Positions 14,490 through 26,488 are shown, counted from the whole stretch's first letter. The stretch: 63,844 bases of DNA, filler included, from Neoconidiobolus thromboides FSU 785 (GCA_025603075.1; 5 parts of 5 records of this genome joined end to end with filler, not necessarily neighbours in it); one strand, 5' to 3'. Notes: a model not told the origin generated them from the letters alone. Translations and numbers: made by a program.

Positions 14490-17021
14490 ATGACAACTAA
14501 AGGCACGGAATCAATATCATTAGCTCAGGAACATCCATTATCGGAAAGTTGGAATTCTCTCAAACCAAACTTATGTCGTATTGAAGTTAGCTCAGTTGAA
14601 TTTAGGAGTAGTCTTAACGATTATTTACATGATGTTTTGATAAACGGCAAGGAATTTATCAATGAAACACCTCTTATGGATAATAGTAGATCCAATGATT
14701 CCAGCAATATCTATCGTATTCCAATTTCTGCTCAGATTTTTGAGATACCGGACCAAGAGTTAGATTTAATTTTAACTGGGCTACCCTGCTCCCCTATGTT
14801 ATTAATCAAGTACCTTTCTCGTGAGCTCAATAACGTTTATATCCAATCTTGTCAGAAAGATGAAGACATTATTAATTTGAAAAGAAAAATAACTTCAGGG
14901 TTGCTTAAGATACCACGTTCTAAAAATAACAACTTATCGACCATTAATTCACAAATATTATCTTCAACTGAAAAGGAAGAATCTATTTATACATACTCTT
15001 CTAAATTATTTAAACCGGGCAAAGGATTGTTAAGTGACCTTTTAGATAAAAGAAAGTCATTAGATTTACATAGTGACTGTTCTTTTAATTTAAATTTACA
15101 TAATGAGCATCAAAATTCACATCTGAATAAAAATGTTGATAAATCATTAAAGATTAGCAATGACTGTACTACTACTTCTCCTAATTATGATAGCGATAAT
15201 GCATCCACCTTCTCTTACTCTTCACTAATAAGTTCCAAATCTAATGATAAACTTGAAGGATTTATCCTTGATAAAGAAGCTGAAAACACTAACGTAACTC
15301 AACCAATCCCTAAACCATTCCATTTCAAAGCTATTACCTTAGCCTCCAATCTTCTTACAAATTCACATACCTCTGGGACTTCAACTCTTCATACAAATTC
15401 CAAACGTACTTCTAAAAAAATTTCAGAATGGACTCTAGGACTTTTAACTAGAGTTCAGAATGTTAAACAAGAACCAACATACCATTTAAATGGACTACCA
15501 ACCACTGCTGAAGATAATAATGATTTTGGATACGAAATGGTAGTTCAAAACCTTGAAGAAAAGAATCTCGATTCAAAGCTTTGCAATACCAATAGTGACC
15601 AAAATTTAGTTTTTGACTCACCTTTCAGTCCATATTTATCAACTGAAGACCAATTTTCGCCCAATAACGAGCTTCCAGAACTATGTGCTAGTCCTTCAGA
15701 AAATGAAAACATGTACCTTGAAATGACACCATTATCAAATAGTCAGTACTGGTCTAGAAGAGGGTCAATAGTTATTGCTTCTCCGCCATTTACTCATGCC
15801 AATACATACCCAATTGGAAAAGATTTAGAACAACCAGCTTTTGTAAACTCTAATTGTACATCACCTACAATAGGAATATCATCATTTACAACTCAGGGTT
15901 TACATACTGCAAATGCAACCTTACCTGCAGTTAGTAAACTACTCTCTCAATTTGTTGATACTAAAGATGACTCACCTCGACTTGACCATGATGAGCGTTG
16001 GGATAACTTTATGGATCAGCATGCTCCAATAATCGAATTGAAAAACGAGCTAAATGATTTAGAGAACGAAAATCGACTTCCGCATCCCTTAGCCCCAAGT
16101 AGCAATTCTAGCTCAGAAAAAGTTTGTTCAAAATTTTCTATTCTTTCACAACGTAAAAACCTAGTCATATCAAGATTATCCATAGAAAAGAGACGTGAAT
16201 TGCGGCACCTGGCCAGAGCTGGCATACCAGCGCGTTTTAGGGCCAAACTCTGGTTTGAATGCTCTGGGGGATCACAGATGAATGAAATAGGCTATTATCA
16301 AGGACTCATTATGAAATCTATTGTATCTTCCTCACCATTCAAACCCCAAATTGAGTTAGATATTCATAGAACTATGCCAAATAATACCTATTTTTCATCA
16401 GAAGGTCAGGGTGTTGAAAAGCTTTATCGAATACTATTAGCCTATTCTATTCATAATCCTTCAGTAGGGTATTGCCAAAGTATGAATTTGATAGCTGCAA
16501 CACTACTTTTGGTATTACCTACTGAAGAAGAAGTTTTTTGGACATTAGCTGCTATTATTGAACACGTATTACCATTGGAATACTTTACTAGCACCCTATT
16601 AGTTTCTCAAGCTGATCAAAGGGTGTTAAAAGACTTTGTTAGTAAGTACCTTCCTAGATTAAATCGCCACTTTGATATGTTAGGGGTAGATCTTGGAGCC
16701 ATTACCTTTAACTGGTTTCTTTCACTTTTTACGAGCTGCGCTCCATTTCCATTGGTCTTAAGAATCTGGGATGTATTTTTAATTGAAGGAGATGCAACAT
16801 TGTTTCGCATTTCTTTAGCAATGCTTGAACTTAATATGGATAATCTTTTAAGGTTAAATAGCTCATCCTCAATTTATAACTACTTAAAATCTATACCTCA
16901 ACGGATAGCTAGACAAACCCCTAAACTTCTTAAACTTGCATTTTGCGTTTACAAATCTAAAGTTCATATTGATGAGATAAATATATTAAGAGAAGAGCAT
17001 GTCGCTGAATTTCGAATATAA
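14490..17021 (+). CDS. TBC-domain Rab GTPase-activating protein with long Ser-rich N-terminus
   Basis: GIPARFRAKLW, IELDIHRT (R-finger), YCQSMN (Q-finger), WFLSLF, RIWDVFL. Confidence 0.92.
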   Translation: MTTKGTESISLAQEHPLSESWNSLKPNLCRIEVSSVEFRSSLNDYLHDVLINGKEFINETPLMDNSRSNDSSNIYRIPISAQIFEIPDQELDLILTGLPCSPMLLIKYLSRELNNVYIQSCQKDEDIINLKRKITSGLLKIPRSKNNNLSTINSQILSSTEKEESIYTYSSKLFKPGKGLLSDLLDKRKSLDLHSDCSFNLNLHNEHQNSHLNKNVDKSLKISNDCTTTSPNYDSDNASTFSYSSLISSKSNDKLEGFILDKEAENTNVTQPIPKPFHFKAITLASNLLTNSHTSGTSTLHTNSKRTSKKISEWTLGLLTRVQNVKQEPTYHLNGLPTTAEDNNDFGYEMVVQNLEEKNLDSKLCNTNSDQNLVFDSPFSPYLSTEDQFSPNNELPELCASPSENENMYLEMTPLSNSQYWSRRGSIVIASPPFTHANTYPIGKDLEQPAFVNSNCTSPTIGISSFTTQGLHTANATLPAVSKLLSQFVDTKDDSPRLDHDERWDNFMDQHAPIIELKNELNDLENENRLPHPLAPSSNSSSEKVCSKFSILSQRKNLVISRLSIEKRRELRHLARAGIPARFRAKLWFECSGGSQMNEIGYYQGLIMKSIVSSSPFKPQIELDIHRTMPNNTYFSSEGQGVEKLYRILLAYSIHNPSVGYCQSMNLIAATLLLVLPTEEEVFWTLAAIIEHVLPLEYFTSTLLVSQADQRVLKDFVSKYLPRLNRHFDMLGVDLGAITFNWFLSLFTSCAPFPLVLRIWDVFLIEGDATLFRISLAMLELNMDNLLRLNSSSSIYNYLKSIPQRIARQTPKLLKLAFCVYKSKVHIDEINILREEHVAEFRI

Positions 17022-17225
17022 TCTTATTTTACTAACCTAATTCGTTATTTTAAATTTTAATAAATTTATAAAATTTCATTTGTATACAAAAGTTAAATTT
17101 TAAAGACTGTGAATATGTCTGATACTAAAGATCATAAGATATACACATCAAAAGGTATGAAAACACAACTAATAAATTAGTATTAAAAATAAACTTTAAT
17201 GAAATCACTTTATTTTATTTATAAC

Positions 17226-18365
17226 TTAGTTCATTTGACGAACAAGGTTGTTAATACGAGATTCACGATCACCAGTGTTACCTCCAATAATGAAATGCTT
17301 GGATTTCTTTCCTTTCCATCCACCAGTTGGGGAAGAAAGCTTGAATGGCCATAAGAAGTTGTTGGCTTGTTTGAAGTGTGGACCAACAGTGTAGATCTCG
17401 TGAATAAGATCTTCAACACAAATGATACCATATTTACCAAGGGATTTTTCAATGAGCTCATTCTTGAGAAGACGGATACGTTGACGATCAATCTTACCAT
17501 AACCACGTTTGTAGATAAGCTCTTTAACGGTTTTAAGATTTGGTTCTCCGTAAGTAATATATGGTTCAATGATTTGAAGCATTTGCTTGGTAGCTTTAGT
17601 TAATCTAATAAAGATACCATTGTTGATTTGGAGAAGACGTAAAAGTTGGAGAATCTTACGTGGTTTTGGGGCAATCTTGTTAATACCTTTGGTACGGATA
17701 ACAAAAGCAAGTTTTGGTTGAGCTGGAACGTAGAAGTTTCCAACTGAACGAGCTTGACGGCGGGCAGCAATTTCACTACGTTCTTTTGCGTGGTATTCCT
17801 TAGCATACTTGGCAGCACGAGCAATAATGGTTTTGTTAAGCTCTTTTTTAGCCTAAGTTTCAAGTTAAACAAAATTATTGAATACAATGAATTATCCTTA
17901 CTTGCTTTTGAGCTTCTTCCTTTTGCTTGGCTTCTTCAGTAGCTTTAGCAAGAGCAGCTTCCTTCTTTAAAAGAGATTCAGGTTTGAGGATTTCGAAACT
18001 ATAATAACGCTTTAGTATTTTACTGTAATCAGCCCATTCAAAACTGGCAATGCATATAGCAAGGAACAGCAGTGACAGCGGCACTTCTTGATATACAGTA
18101 AACAACTATATATGGAACTACTATAGTATTCCGAATATAGCCTTGGTGAAACGTACACCAAGTTTAGTATAAGTCATGAGTAACTTAATATATTACAGTA
18201 GCCGAAGCCAGCTTATTAAGGTATTAAGTTTTACAGGTAATTTGTTAGATTAAACTGCTTCAAAACTAATTTACCTACTGCAATTTAAGTTCGATGCCGC
18301 TGAAACCATATGGAGTAAAGAGATCTAGTATTAGGAACTATTGGATAGTTTACTTACTTGGACAT
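17226..18365 (-). CDS. RPL7: 60S ribosomal protein L7 (uL30); exons 18365-18358, 18277-18275 (candidate microexon), 17998-17902, 17852-17226
   Basis: [56 protein letters not shown]. Confidence 0.95.
18021..18215 (-). ncRNA. Candidate structured RNA (snoRNA or regulatory element) in RPL7 intron 2
   Basis: 9-bp terminal stem 18021-18029/18192-18200, 7-bp hairpin 18142-18162, cUUCGg tetraloop, CTGA and ACA near the 3' end. Confidence 0.5.
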
Positions 18366-18812
18366 TTTAATTAATTGAACACCAGAAGGTATAAGTTATC
18401 AACCGGGAGAGAATTTTTTAAATTATTTGAATTTCGTTTTAACTATTGAAAAAAATTTTCACCCTTGCAAAAATAAGGTTATTGGCTAAAAAATTTAGAA
18501 CTTTTTGAAACTTTTGCAAGTTGGGGTTGACAATTAACCAATAATTAGTAATATTTATTGAAAATTTTATTGGAATTCTCAAAAATATGGACATTTTAAG
18601 GAATATTGTGCTCTTGCAAAATTTGATTTTGATAAGGCTATTAAATCTAGTTTGTGCAGTAACTATTCATTCTAAAATAAAAAGTTGAGAGCTTAGTGGT
18701 AAATCAGCATAAATAATTAAGCTATTGATTATAAAAATTACTGGTAGTTATTACACAATTGAATTTTAGCATCTGTGAACAATGCTGAATTAAATTTAAA
18801 TAGTTAAACATT

Positions 18813-18910
18813 TAGGGATGTTTTTTTGGCTTCATCATTTTTTCTATCTTCTAAGCGCTATTTAAGCGAAAAATTTGTTAGTAAATTCTTAAACATAAAA
18901 GCATATCCCT
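18813..18910 (-). mobile_element. MITE copy
   Basis: consensus match. Confidence 0.85.
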
Positions 18911-18925
18911 ATTTATTTAATGATA

Positions 18926-19588
18926 TGGGGATGTCTTAATTGATTTCATTTTTTTATCCAATTTTTAAGGATTTTGTAATTTAAAAGCTTTGTTTAAATT
19001 ACATAATAAATTTTTGTTAAAAATCAAAAGTACTCTCGGCTCAATAATTTTGAATTGTTTTATTATAATTTGTATCATAAGTTAGTAGAACTTCTACTAA
19101 ATTTGATATAAATTTCTGAATTAGTGTGGAATATCGCTTTGCCAGCCCTATGGTTAACTATAGTATAATAATCGCCTAAACTGTTGTGTTCTCGAGCTCA
19201 GAGAAAATCAATCCCACATTCTTAGTTTGATTTGCTATAAGAATTTCTAGCTCCATCCCAAAGAATATTATCTTCTCATTTTGATATCTATACTTTTCAG
19301 AGTATAAAAGAGTTTATAGAGTATAGTAGTTCGAGGCTTTTTAACTGAATTATTCTTTGATATCTCGAACATTTAATAAGCCCACTAAGTTTTCTTAGTA
19401 GTATTTTACATAGATTTTACATTAGTATTGTCTATTATATTTGTATTATATAGCTTGTAACCTATTACGTGCTATTCCTCATAATCCAAGTCTATCTTAG
19501 TCACATAAACTAAGACCTTTCAACTTATAGTGTAGTCAACCCAGCAATAGCCGTTCTTGACTCCAAACACTGAGTACCAGATTTCACA
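18926..19588 (+). mobile_element. Composite repeat copy 2 (most complete): MITE-like left end, ~200 bp AT-rich, then a 464-bp TGTG...CACA module (19125-19588)
   Basis: Module has TGTGGAAT/ATTTCACA inverted termini, TATAAAA at 19303 and a downstream AATAA(G/A), like a solo LTR. Confidence 0.85.
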
Positions 19589-19616
19589 CTAGTTAATTAA
19601 TATTTTCTATATTATT

Positions 19617-19717
19617 TGGGGATATATTTTTGTGTTTAAGAATTTTGCTAACAAATTTTCCGCTTAAATAGCACTTAAAAAATGGAAAAAATAATGAAGT
19701 TAAAAAAGACACTCCCA
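19617..19717 (+). mobile_element. MITE copy
   Basis: consensus match. Confidence 0.88.
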
Positions 19718-20035
19718 TTTAATGTTTTAAAGCTATTTTTCTATTATAAAAATTTTCTAAGATGTTCATCAGCTATACTTTTTTTACAATATTTAGTAAA
19801 AAAATTAAGATTAGTATTTAAAACTACTGTTTATTTTATAAAAACTTTTAAATTTTAAAACAATTTTTTATGAACTTTTTGAATAAAAGCTCTTTAAATA
19901 TTAAATTAGCTAAAGAGTCTTTTGCATATATTGAACCATGATTTAATATTTTAAATAGATAATTGAAGTATGCTTTGTTTATTGTTTTATTGTTTTTTAA
20001 ATATAAAATAGATATATATTTATGTATTTAATATA

Positions 20036-20135
20036 TGAGGATGTATTTTTGTGTTCAAGAATTTTACCAACAAATTTCCACTCAAATAGCGCTTAAAAAA
20101 ATGGAAAAATAATGAAACCAGAAAAAACAGCCCCA
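20036..20135 (+). mobile_element. MITE copy
   Basis: consensus match, TA on both sides. Confidence 0.88.
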
Positions 20136-20327
20136 TATATTGTTTTATAAATATTTATGATTATTAATTATTTTTGAATAATTATGTTAACTTCTATTTA
20201 TGTTAAATCTAAAACTTTTATATTTAATTTTTGTCTATTTTATAAAAAAAATTGATAGCTTTTCATTTTTTAAATTATACTGCTTTAAAAATGCATATAA
20301 CTTACACTTTACAATTAAAGCTGTATT

Positions 20328-20427
20328 TGGGGATGTACTTTTTTGCTTAAAAATTTTACTAACAATTTTTCCGCTTAAATAGCACTTAAAAAATGGAAAG
20401 AGTAATGAAACCAAAAAAATATCCCCA
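20328..20427 (+). mobile_element. MITE copy
   Basis: consensus match. Confidence 0.88.
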
Positions 20428-20929
20428 TTTATAATCAGCTTTTTCATACTAATAATGATTTTACTATTTTCTTATCATTATATTTAAAAGCGTATTTTCT
20501 TTTAATACCTTGTTTATTTTTAAGCCCAAAATTTAGAATTACCAATCAAGCTATTATAAAAAATATATACACTTGAAATTATAAGGTAAAATGTAGTAAA
20601 AATGCTTTTCATTTAATAATCTTTTTAAGATGGCACCCATTTTCAAAATCTTGTTTTTACATACTTTGGCCTTATTTTTTATAAATTGTAATCTTATTAA
20701 TATAACTGTAGAAGTTCAATTGTGCAATTACTAGTGATGGTTTTATGATAATGATATATTTATTGCGGTTTACTCTGTTTAGTTCTTAATTCTCTTTTAT
20801 AATGAATGACTAGTCATTTGCAACTAAAATTCAACACTGTAAGTTATTGTAGCTATTTGAATTTAAATTTTTGCAAAAGTAATAATATTACCTCATTCAT
20901 AAATTTAGATATTTTTTAATTCATTAGAA

Positions 20930-22265
20930 ATGGAAAATCAAACTAGTATAATTGCTTTGGGGCTTGAAGGTTCAGCAAACAAATTAGGTGTAGGAATTAT
21001 AAGCCACACATTCAAAGACAATGTTAGGATCAAATCTAATATATTAGCCAATTTAAGACATACCTATATAACACCACCTGGGCAAGGATTTTTGCCTAAG
21101 GATACTGCAAAACATCATCGTGAACACATTATTGGACTTTTGAAAGAGGCACTCAAAGTTGCTAATCTTGATTGTAGACAAATTGATGTCATTTGTTTCA
21201 CCAAAGGTATAATAAATATATAAACATGAATTATTATAACTGTATAAAGGTCCAGGAATGGGTTCTCCATTGATTTCAGTTGCAGTAGTAGCGCGTACTT
21301 TATCATTATTATGGAAAAAACCAATCGTTGGAGTTAATCATTGTATCGGACGTAAATAAAGCTTAAATATTATATAAGTAAAGCTAACAAGATGAATAAA
21401 ATAGACATTGAAATGGGTCGAGAAATAACTGGGGCTACAAATCCCATAGTGTTATATGTTTCTGGAGGCAATACGCAAGTAATCGCATATTCAAAAAATA
21501 GGTATCATATAAAAAAATTATATTCAAAAGAGACTAATTTTAAAGATATCGTATTTTTGGGGAAACTTTAGACATTGCAGTTGGAAATTGTTTAGACAGA
21601 TTTGCTAGAGTTATCAATTTATCCAATTCACCTAGTCCAGGATATAATATCGAACAAGAAGCTAAAAAGTAAAGTTATTCCATTAGATTGATTTTAAAAT
21701 TAAAAAATATGATACAATAGAGGCAACAAATATATTGAGCTTCCATATGCAGTGAAAGGTATGGATGTTAGTTTCAGTGGGATATTATCCTATATAGAAT
21801 CTATTGGGATCGAAAAATTAAAAAAAGGAGAATGTACAGAAGAGGATTTATGCTTTAGCTTGCAAGAAACAATATTTTCAATGTTAGTAGAAATAACTGA
21901 AAGAGCTATGGCCCATGTAGGATCTAAAGAAGTTTTGGTGGTTGGAGGTGTAGGTTGTAATTTGAGGCTTCAAGAGATGATTGGAATAATGGCAAGTGAA
22001 CGTGGAGGCTCTGTTTTCGCAACAGATGAAAGGTATTAATAATTATTTCTATTTCACAAACATAATGTTAAAATATAGATTCTGCATTGATAACGGTATA
22101 ATGATTGCACATGCTGGACTACTAGCATATAATAATGGACAAATTACTCCTTTGGAAAAAACTAGTTGCACTCAAAGGTAATAATATAATACAAGTTCCG
22201 AGTAGTTAATTAATTTCATTAGATTTCGAACCGACTCTGTATATGTTGGATGGAGAAATGACTGA
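20930..22265 (+). CDS. KAE1: tRNA N6-adenosine threonylcarbamoyltransferase Kae1/OSGEP, multi-exon
   Basis: [71 protein letters not shown]. Confidence 0.95.
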
Positions 22266-22390
22266 GATTTATTAAAAAATAATCAATAGTAATGATTGAT
22301 TGTAATTTTATCTATAAGAATTGATTTTTTGATCTTTCTAATTAGGATTCTTAAACTAATAAACCTTTAATAGACTATTTTACGTTTAGA

Positions 22391-22455
22391 AATGTCTTTT
22401 TTGGTCTCATTACTTTTTCCACTCTTAAGCTCTATTGAGTGGAAAGAAATGCCAA
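22391..22455 (-). mobile_element. Partial, degenerate MITE
   Basis: ttggtctcattactttttccactcttaagctctattgagtggaaa. Confidence 0.6.
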
Positions 22456-22609
22456 AAAAAAAGTTCATTAACGAAAAAGACTTTCATTTATACATTTAAT
22501 TATATTTAGTAGACAATAAATTTTAACACATTTTGATTAAAAATTAAAATGTATAACTTTATTTTTATGCAAATTGAATACATTCACTCTAAATAAATAT
22601 GCAAAACTA

Positions 22610-23737
22610 TTAACTGTCATAATGTGCTAATAAATTAGGAGACCTTGAGCCAGGATCTCTTACAACACCACTAAGTGCCATAGAAGTTATGGAATCCAAC
22701 AATCCAGAGGATGATTGACCTTTACTAAGAAGTAGAGCACTTAGCCCAACAACAAATGGAGTTGCCATTGAGGTTCCAGACATTTTTCTAGTACTTTGTC
22801 CTGGCCAAGTTGATAAAATCTGATCACCTGGGGCAAACAAGCTTAAGCAGTTCCCGTAATTAGAATACCTTGCCCTAGCATCAGTGCTAGTAGTGGCGCC
22901 AACTACTATAGCACCTCTTGCTGAAGAAGGTGAAAAGTCACAGGCATCAGCGTTTGAATTACCTCCAGCTACAACCACATTAATTCCTCTTCTTATAGCA
23001 CCTTCTACAGCACTATTTAAAGTGGTAGAGTAAGAACTTGATAAACTAAGATTAATGATAGCGGGACCACGACTGTGATTATGAATAACCCAGTCAATAG
23101 CGGCTATCACATCTGAGTTTGCAGAGTTTGCGGAAGGATCAAACACCTTAATTGCTACCAATTTTACTGCTTTAGCAACACCATATGTTTCCGATCCAAT
23201 AATACCAGCCACGTGAGTTCCATGACCAACATTATCTCTATCTTTAGTCCCTCTTAACATGTTTGTGCCCCATTCTGCCCTACCTCCAAACTCATTATGA
23301 TTGACATCAATACCAGAATCAATTATGTACGCAGTCACACCAGAGCCACCGTCACTATCATAAGAATAAGGATCACCTGAATTAAAATTTCTACCACTAG
23401 TCAAACGAGATAAATGATAAGGTGGGTCTTCTTGTAACCTGTTTAATTTAACAATTGTATCTGCTTCGATGGATACAACTTCTTTTAAATTTTTTATAAT
23501 TTCCAAGTTCATTTTATCAGCGCTACATGAATACCCATTGATGCCTTTAAGTTCTCTTAATAAAGTAAAGTTATAACTTTTTATCATCTCAATATGTTTT
23601 GAATAATCTGTGGTATTTATTTTTACTATATATTGATCCTCTACAACTAAAGTACTATCTGGTACCAACACTTCTTCTACCATACTAAATGATAGTTTAA
23701 AAAACTTTAAAATTAAAAATAATTTAATAAAAATCAT
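22610..23737 (-). CDS. Secreted subtilisin-like serine protease (S8, proteinase-K-like, I9 propeptide)
   Basis: Signal peptide; IIDSGI (Asp), GHGTHVAG (His), SGTSMATP (Ser). Confidence 0.95.
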   Translation of the reverse strand: MIFIKLFLILKFFKLSFSMVEEVLVPDSTLVVEDQYIVKINTTDYSKHIEMIKSYNFTLLRELKGINGYSCSADKMNLEIIKNLKEVVSIEADTIVKLNRLQEDPPYHLSRLTSGRNFNSGDPYSYDSDGGSGVTAYIIDSGIDVNHNEFGGRAEWGTNMLRGTKDRDNVGHGTHVAGIIGSETYGVAKAVKLVAIKVFDPSANSANSDVIAAIDWVIHNHSRGPAIINLSLSSSYSTTLNSAVEGAIRRGINVVVAGGNSNADACDFSPSSARGAIVVGATTSTDARARYSNYGNCLSLFAPGDQILSTWPGQSTRKMSGTSMATPFVVGLSALLLSKGQSSSGLLDSITSMALSGVVRDPGSRSPNLLAHYDS

Positions 23738-25180
23738 ATTAAATAAGAAAAAATTGATAGATAAAGATAGTGAATATTGTGGTATTTATACAATTATTAT
23801 TGCTTAATATAAATTCCCGCATAGAATATTACAATAAATATTATTTAATTTATTTACGTTATTTTACTTTTATTTAACTTTATTTTTTTCGGAGTTAAGT
23901 TAAATTTACATTTTAGGCTAGTTTATGAAAAATAGTCAGAAATACTTTCAGTTGTTTTATTTCAAAATCGTATAATATCTTTAAATAAATATTATAATCA
24001 TTTATAGTAACTATTTTAAAAATAAGTAAATTGTTTTTTGTTATTAAATATTAAGCATAAGTAAGGATGAAAAATAAATGTCTAAAGTATATTATTCTAT
24101 TAAGTTAACTTTAATAATTACTTGAGTTTTAATTAATACATATGGATTAGTTTAAAAGCTTGGTTCAAATTTTGCTCTTAATTTTGACTGAGCTTTTAAA
24201 CTTACTCATATCTAATAATTCTAATTCATATAAAATGGTAGATATAAAGTTATAGACATAAAATAGTAATATCAAAATAACGTGAATTAGTTTTAAAATA
24301 ACTTAATTTAATTTTTACAGTACTTTATTAGTTACTATTTTACTAAATTAGATCAATTATTTAGAATCTTGTCCACCTTTAAAAACGTGCTTTATTTCAA
24401 GGCTACTGAAACATTTTTGTAGCTCTTTAAGACTAATAGATTTTTAAAAAAAATTTTATTATAGTTCATAACTTTAATTAAATGAAAAAACTCTTATCGT
24501 TCTTTAGTATCCTTCAATTATTTTAATATATAATATCTTATAATTATTATTATTCTATTTCGTTTAATTGATTATAATGAATATATGATTAGTTTATAAA
24601 CCTTGGATTTTATATAGTAAAGCATTTGAGAATTTTAATTAATGAATTAAATTGATAGTTTCTTTAAATAAACAAACTAAATGTAAGTTATTACTTGATT
24701 ATATTAATTCGAAGAAAATAATTTTAAATAAGCATATAAAAAATTTAGGATAGTCTTATTAGTTGAAGATCTAAATTGATGATATATTTATTACTTGAAT
24801 TATGTTTGACAAAATAAAACATTATGGTAGTTACTTCTAGAATATATACTTAGATAATAAACGTGAAAGTTATTTGATAAAGTGATTATAAATAACATTC
24901 AACTTATAGTAATTGAAATCTGTTTAATCTTACTGCTATTACAACACTCCTACTTCAATTTTATGACTATTGATAATAACATACAAAATACAATATGGTA
25001 TAGATATACAAACATAATAGTTATAAAAATCACAAAATTATAGCTCAGTTTTTAAATTAAATGATCGAACCATCTGTTCATTTGTTAAAAGGGATCACAT
25101 TTTACTTGAAGCTTATTTTTATAATTAAAAAAGATTATTTTTGCATAATATCTTTTTATTTACATGACTTAAAGACCATA

Positions 25181-25627
25181 TTATAGATTAAGAGGGGTAT
25201 TATAGGAATAAATTGAGCTTGAGGCGAATGGGACAATAAAAAGCCCGAAGTTGGCTAGAAAACCAATTAAAAAAGCAGCAGAACGAATCGATGCTTTATC
25301 AAATATATAGGCTGGAACGTAAACTAACCTAGCAAAAAGGTATATTAAAGCGAGCACTGCTGCAGCAATTTCATTGCCACCACCAACTTTATTTGCAAGT
25401 ATGGAAAAACCAAACCATACAAAACCCTCATTCAGGTTATTATGGGCATAAAGAGCGCGTTGTGCAGTTCCTGGTAAAGTTTTATACTGTTCACGGGGAT
25501 TGTTATTGTCATGACCACTTTCCGCATCCTTTTGGGCTTTTCTTACTGGAACCAAACATAGGAACCAGATAAGGAATAGGATAAAGCATACAGAGAATTG
25601 GATTTTGTCTTCTGTTGAATAGTACAT
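25181..25627 (-). CDS. MAPEG-superfamily membrane protein
   Basis: Four hydrophobic segments; AQRALYAHNNLNEGF and YLFARLVYVPAYI motifs. Confidence 0.75.
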   Translation of the reverse strand: MYYSTEDKIQFSVCFILFLIWFLCLVPVRKAQKDAESGHDNNNPREQYKTLPGTAQRALYAHNNLNEGFVWFGFSILANKVGGGNEIAAAVLALIYLFARLVYVPAYIFDKASIRSAAFLIGFLANFGLFIVPFASSSIYSYNTPLNL

Positions 25628-26386
25628 TTTTAATTAATTATAACGTTAAATTCTTTCTTTTCTTGTTTATATACTTTTTAATTTCCATTTCGCAAAAATA
25701 TAAATGTGCAAATTATTACAGACTAAGCTAAACTATTGGTGTGTGATGAGGTTATTAAAAAAAGTTTAGTTATGAAATTCTTGATCATCGAGTTTTTATG
25801 CAAATAGAAAAAATGCTTACCAAATATTGACCTAAAACTATTTTAATTCTAGTAAATAAAGAGGAAAATTTCTAAATAAAATTAGTTGTAGTTAGAATTA
25901 AATTATCCTCCCGCTTTCAATTACAAATCTACTTGTAATTTTTATGATTTCATTCGCTAAAATTGCTGCATCGATTTTATTTTTCCAGAGGCAATTATGT
26001 CCGGTTAAAATCCCTATTTCGTTTCATAATTGTAATTTTTTAACCGACTTTTTAGCCTATATCCTAACATTTTATTGCACTAAAAAAAAGAAAGGAACAA
26101 AAATTAATGAAATTTATTAATATAGTAATTTTTATAAATCCTTGAAAAATTGAACCTGTAGTTTATTAATAATACTTGGCTTGAGAACTGATTATATTTA
26201 AAAGTACTCATAACACTTACAATAGACTAGCAGTAAAAACATTTTTAATATACATAGCATAAACTAATAAATATTAGTTATTAAAAATAATGGCAAAAGT
26301 AAGTGGTGCCTTTTCAAAAAGCTACAATATTATAAAGCATAATAATGTATATTAGAATTTTAAGGAAAATTAAATTAAACTTAATA

Positions 26387-26486
26387 TGGGGATGTATTTT
26401 TGTGTTTAAGAGTTTTGCTAATAAACTTCTGCTCAAATAGTGGTTAAAAGATGTAAAAAGTAATGAAGCCAAAAAAAACACTCCCA
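26387..26486 (+). mobile_element. MITE copy (left half of head-to-head dimer)
   Basis: TA-TGGGGATG...CACTCCCA-TA. Confidence 0.9.
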
Positions 26487-26488
26487 TA

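Noticed and set aside
20200-20447. Short ORFs overlapping MITEs (also 26314, 29742, 37060, 60622, 61346)
   Set aside because: Explained by the MITE's open frame plus AT-rich flank; not called as genes.
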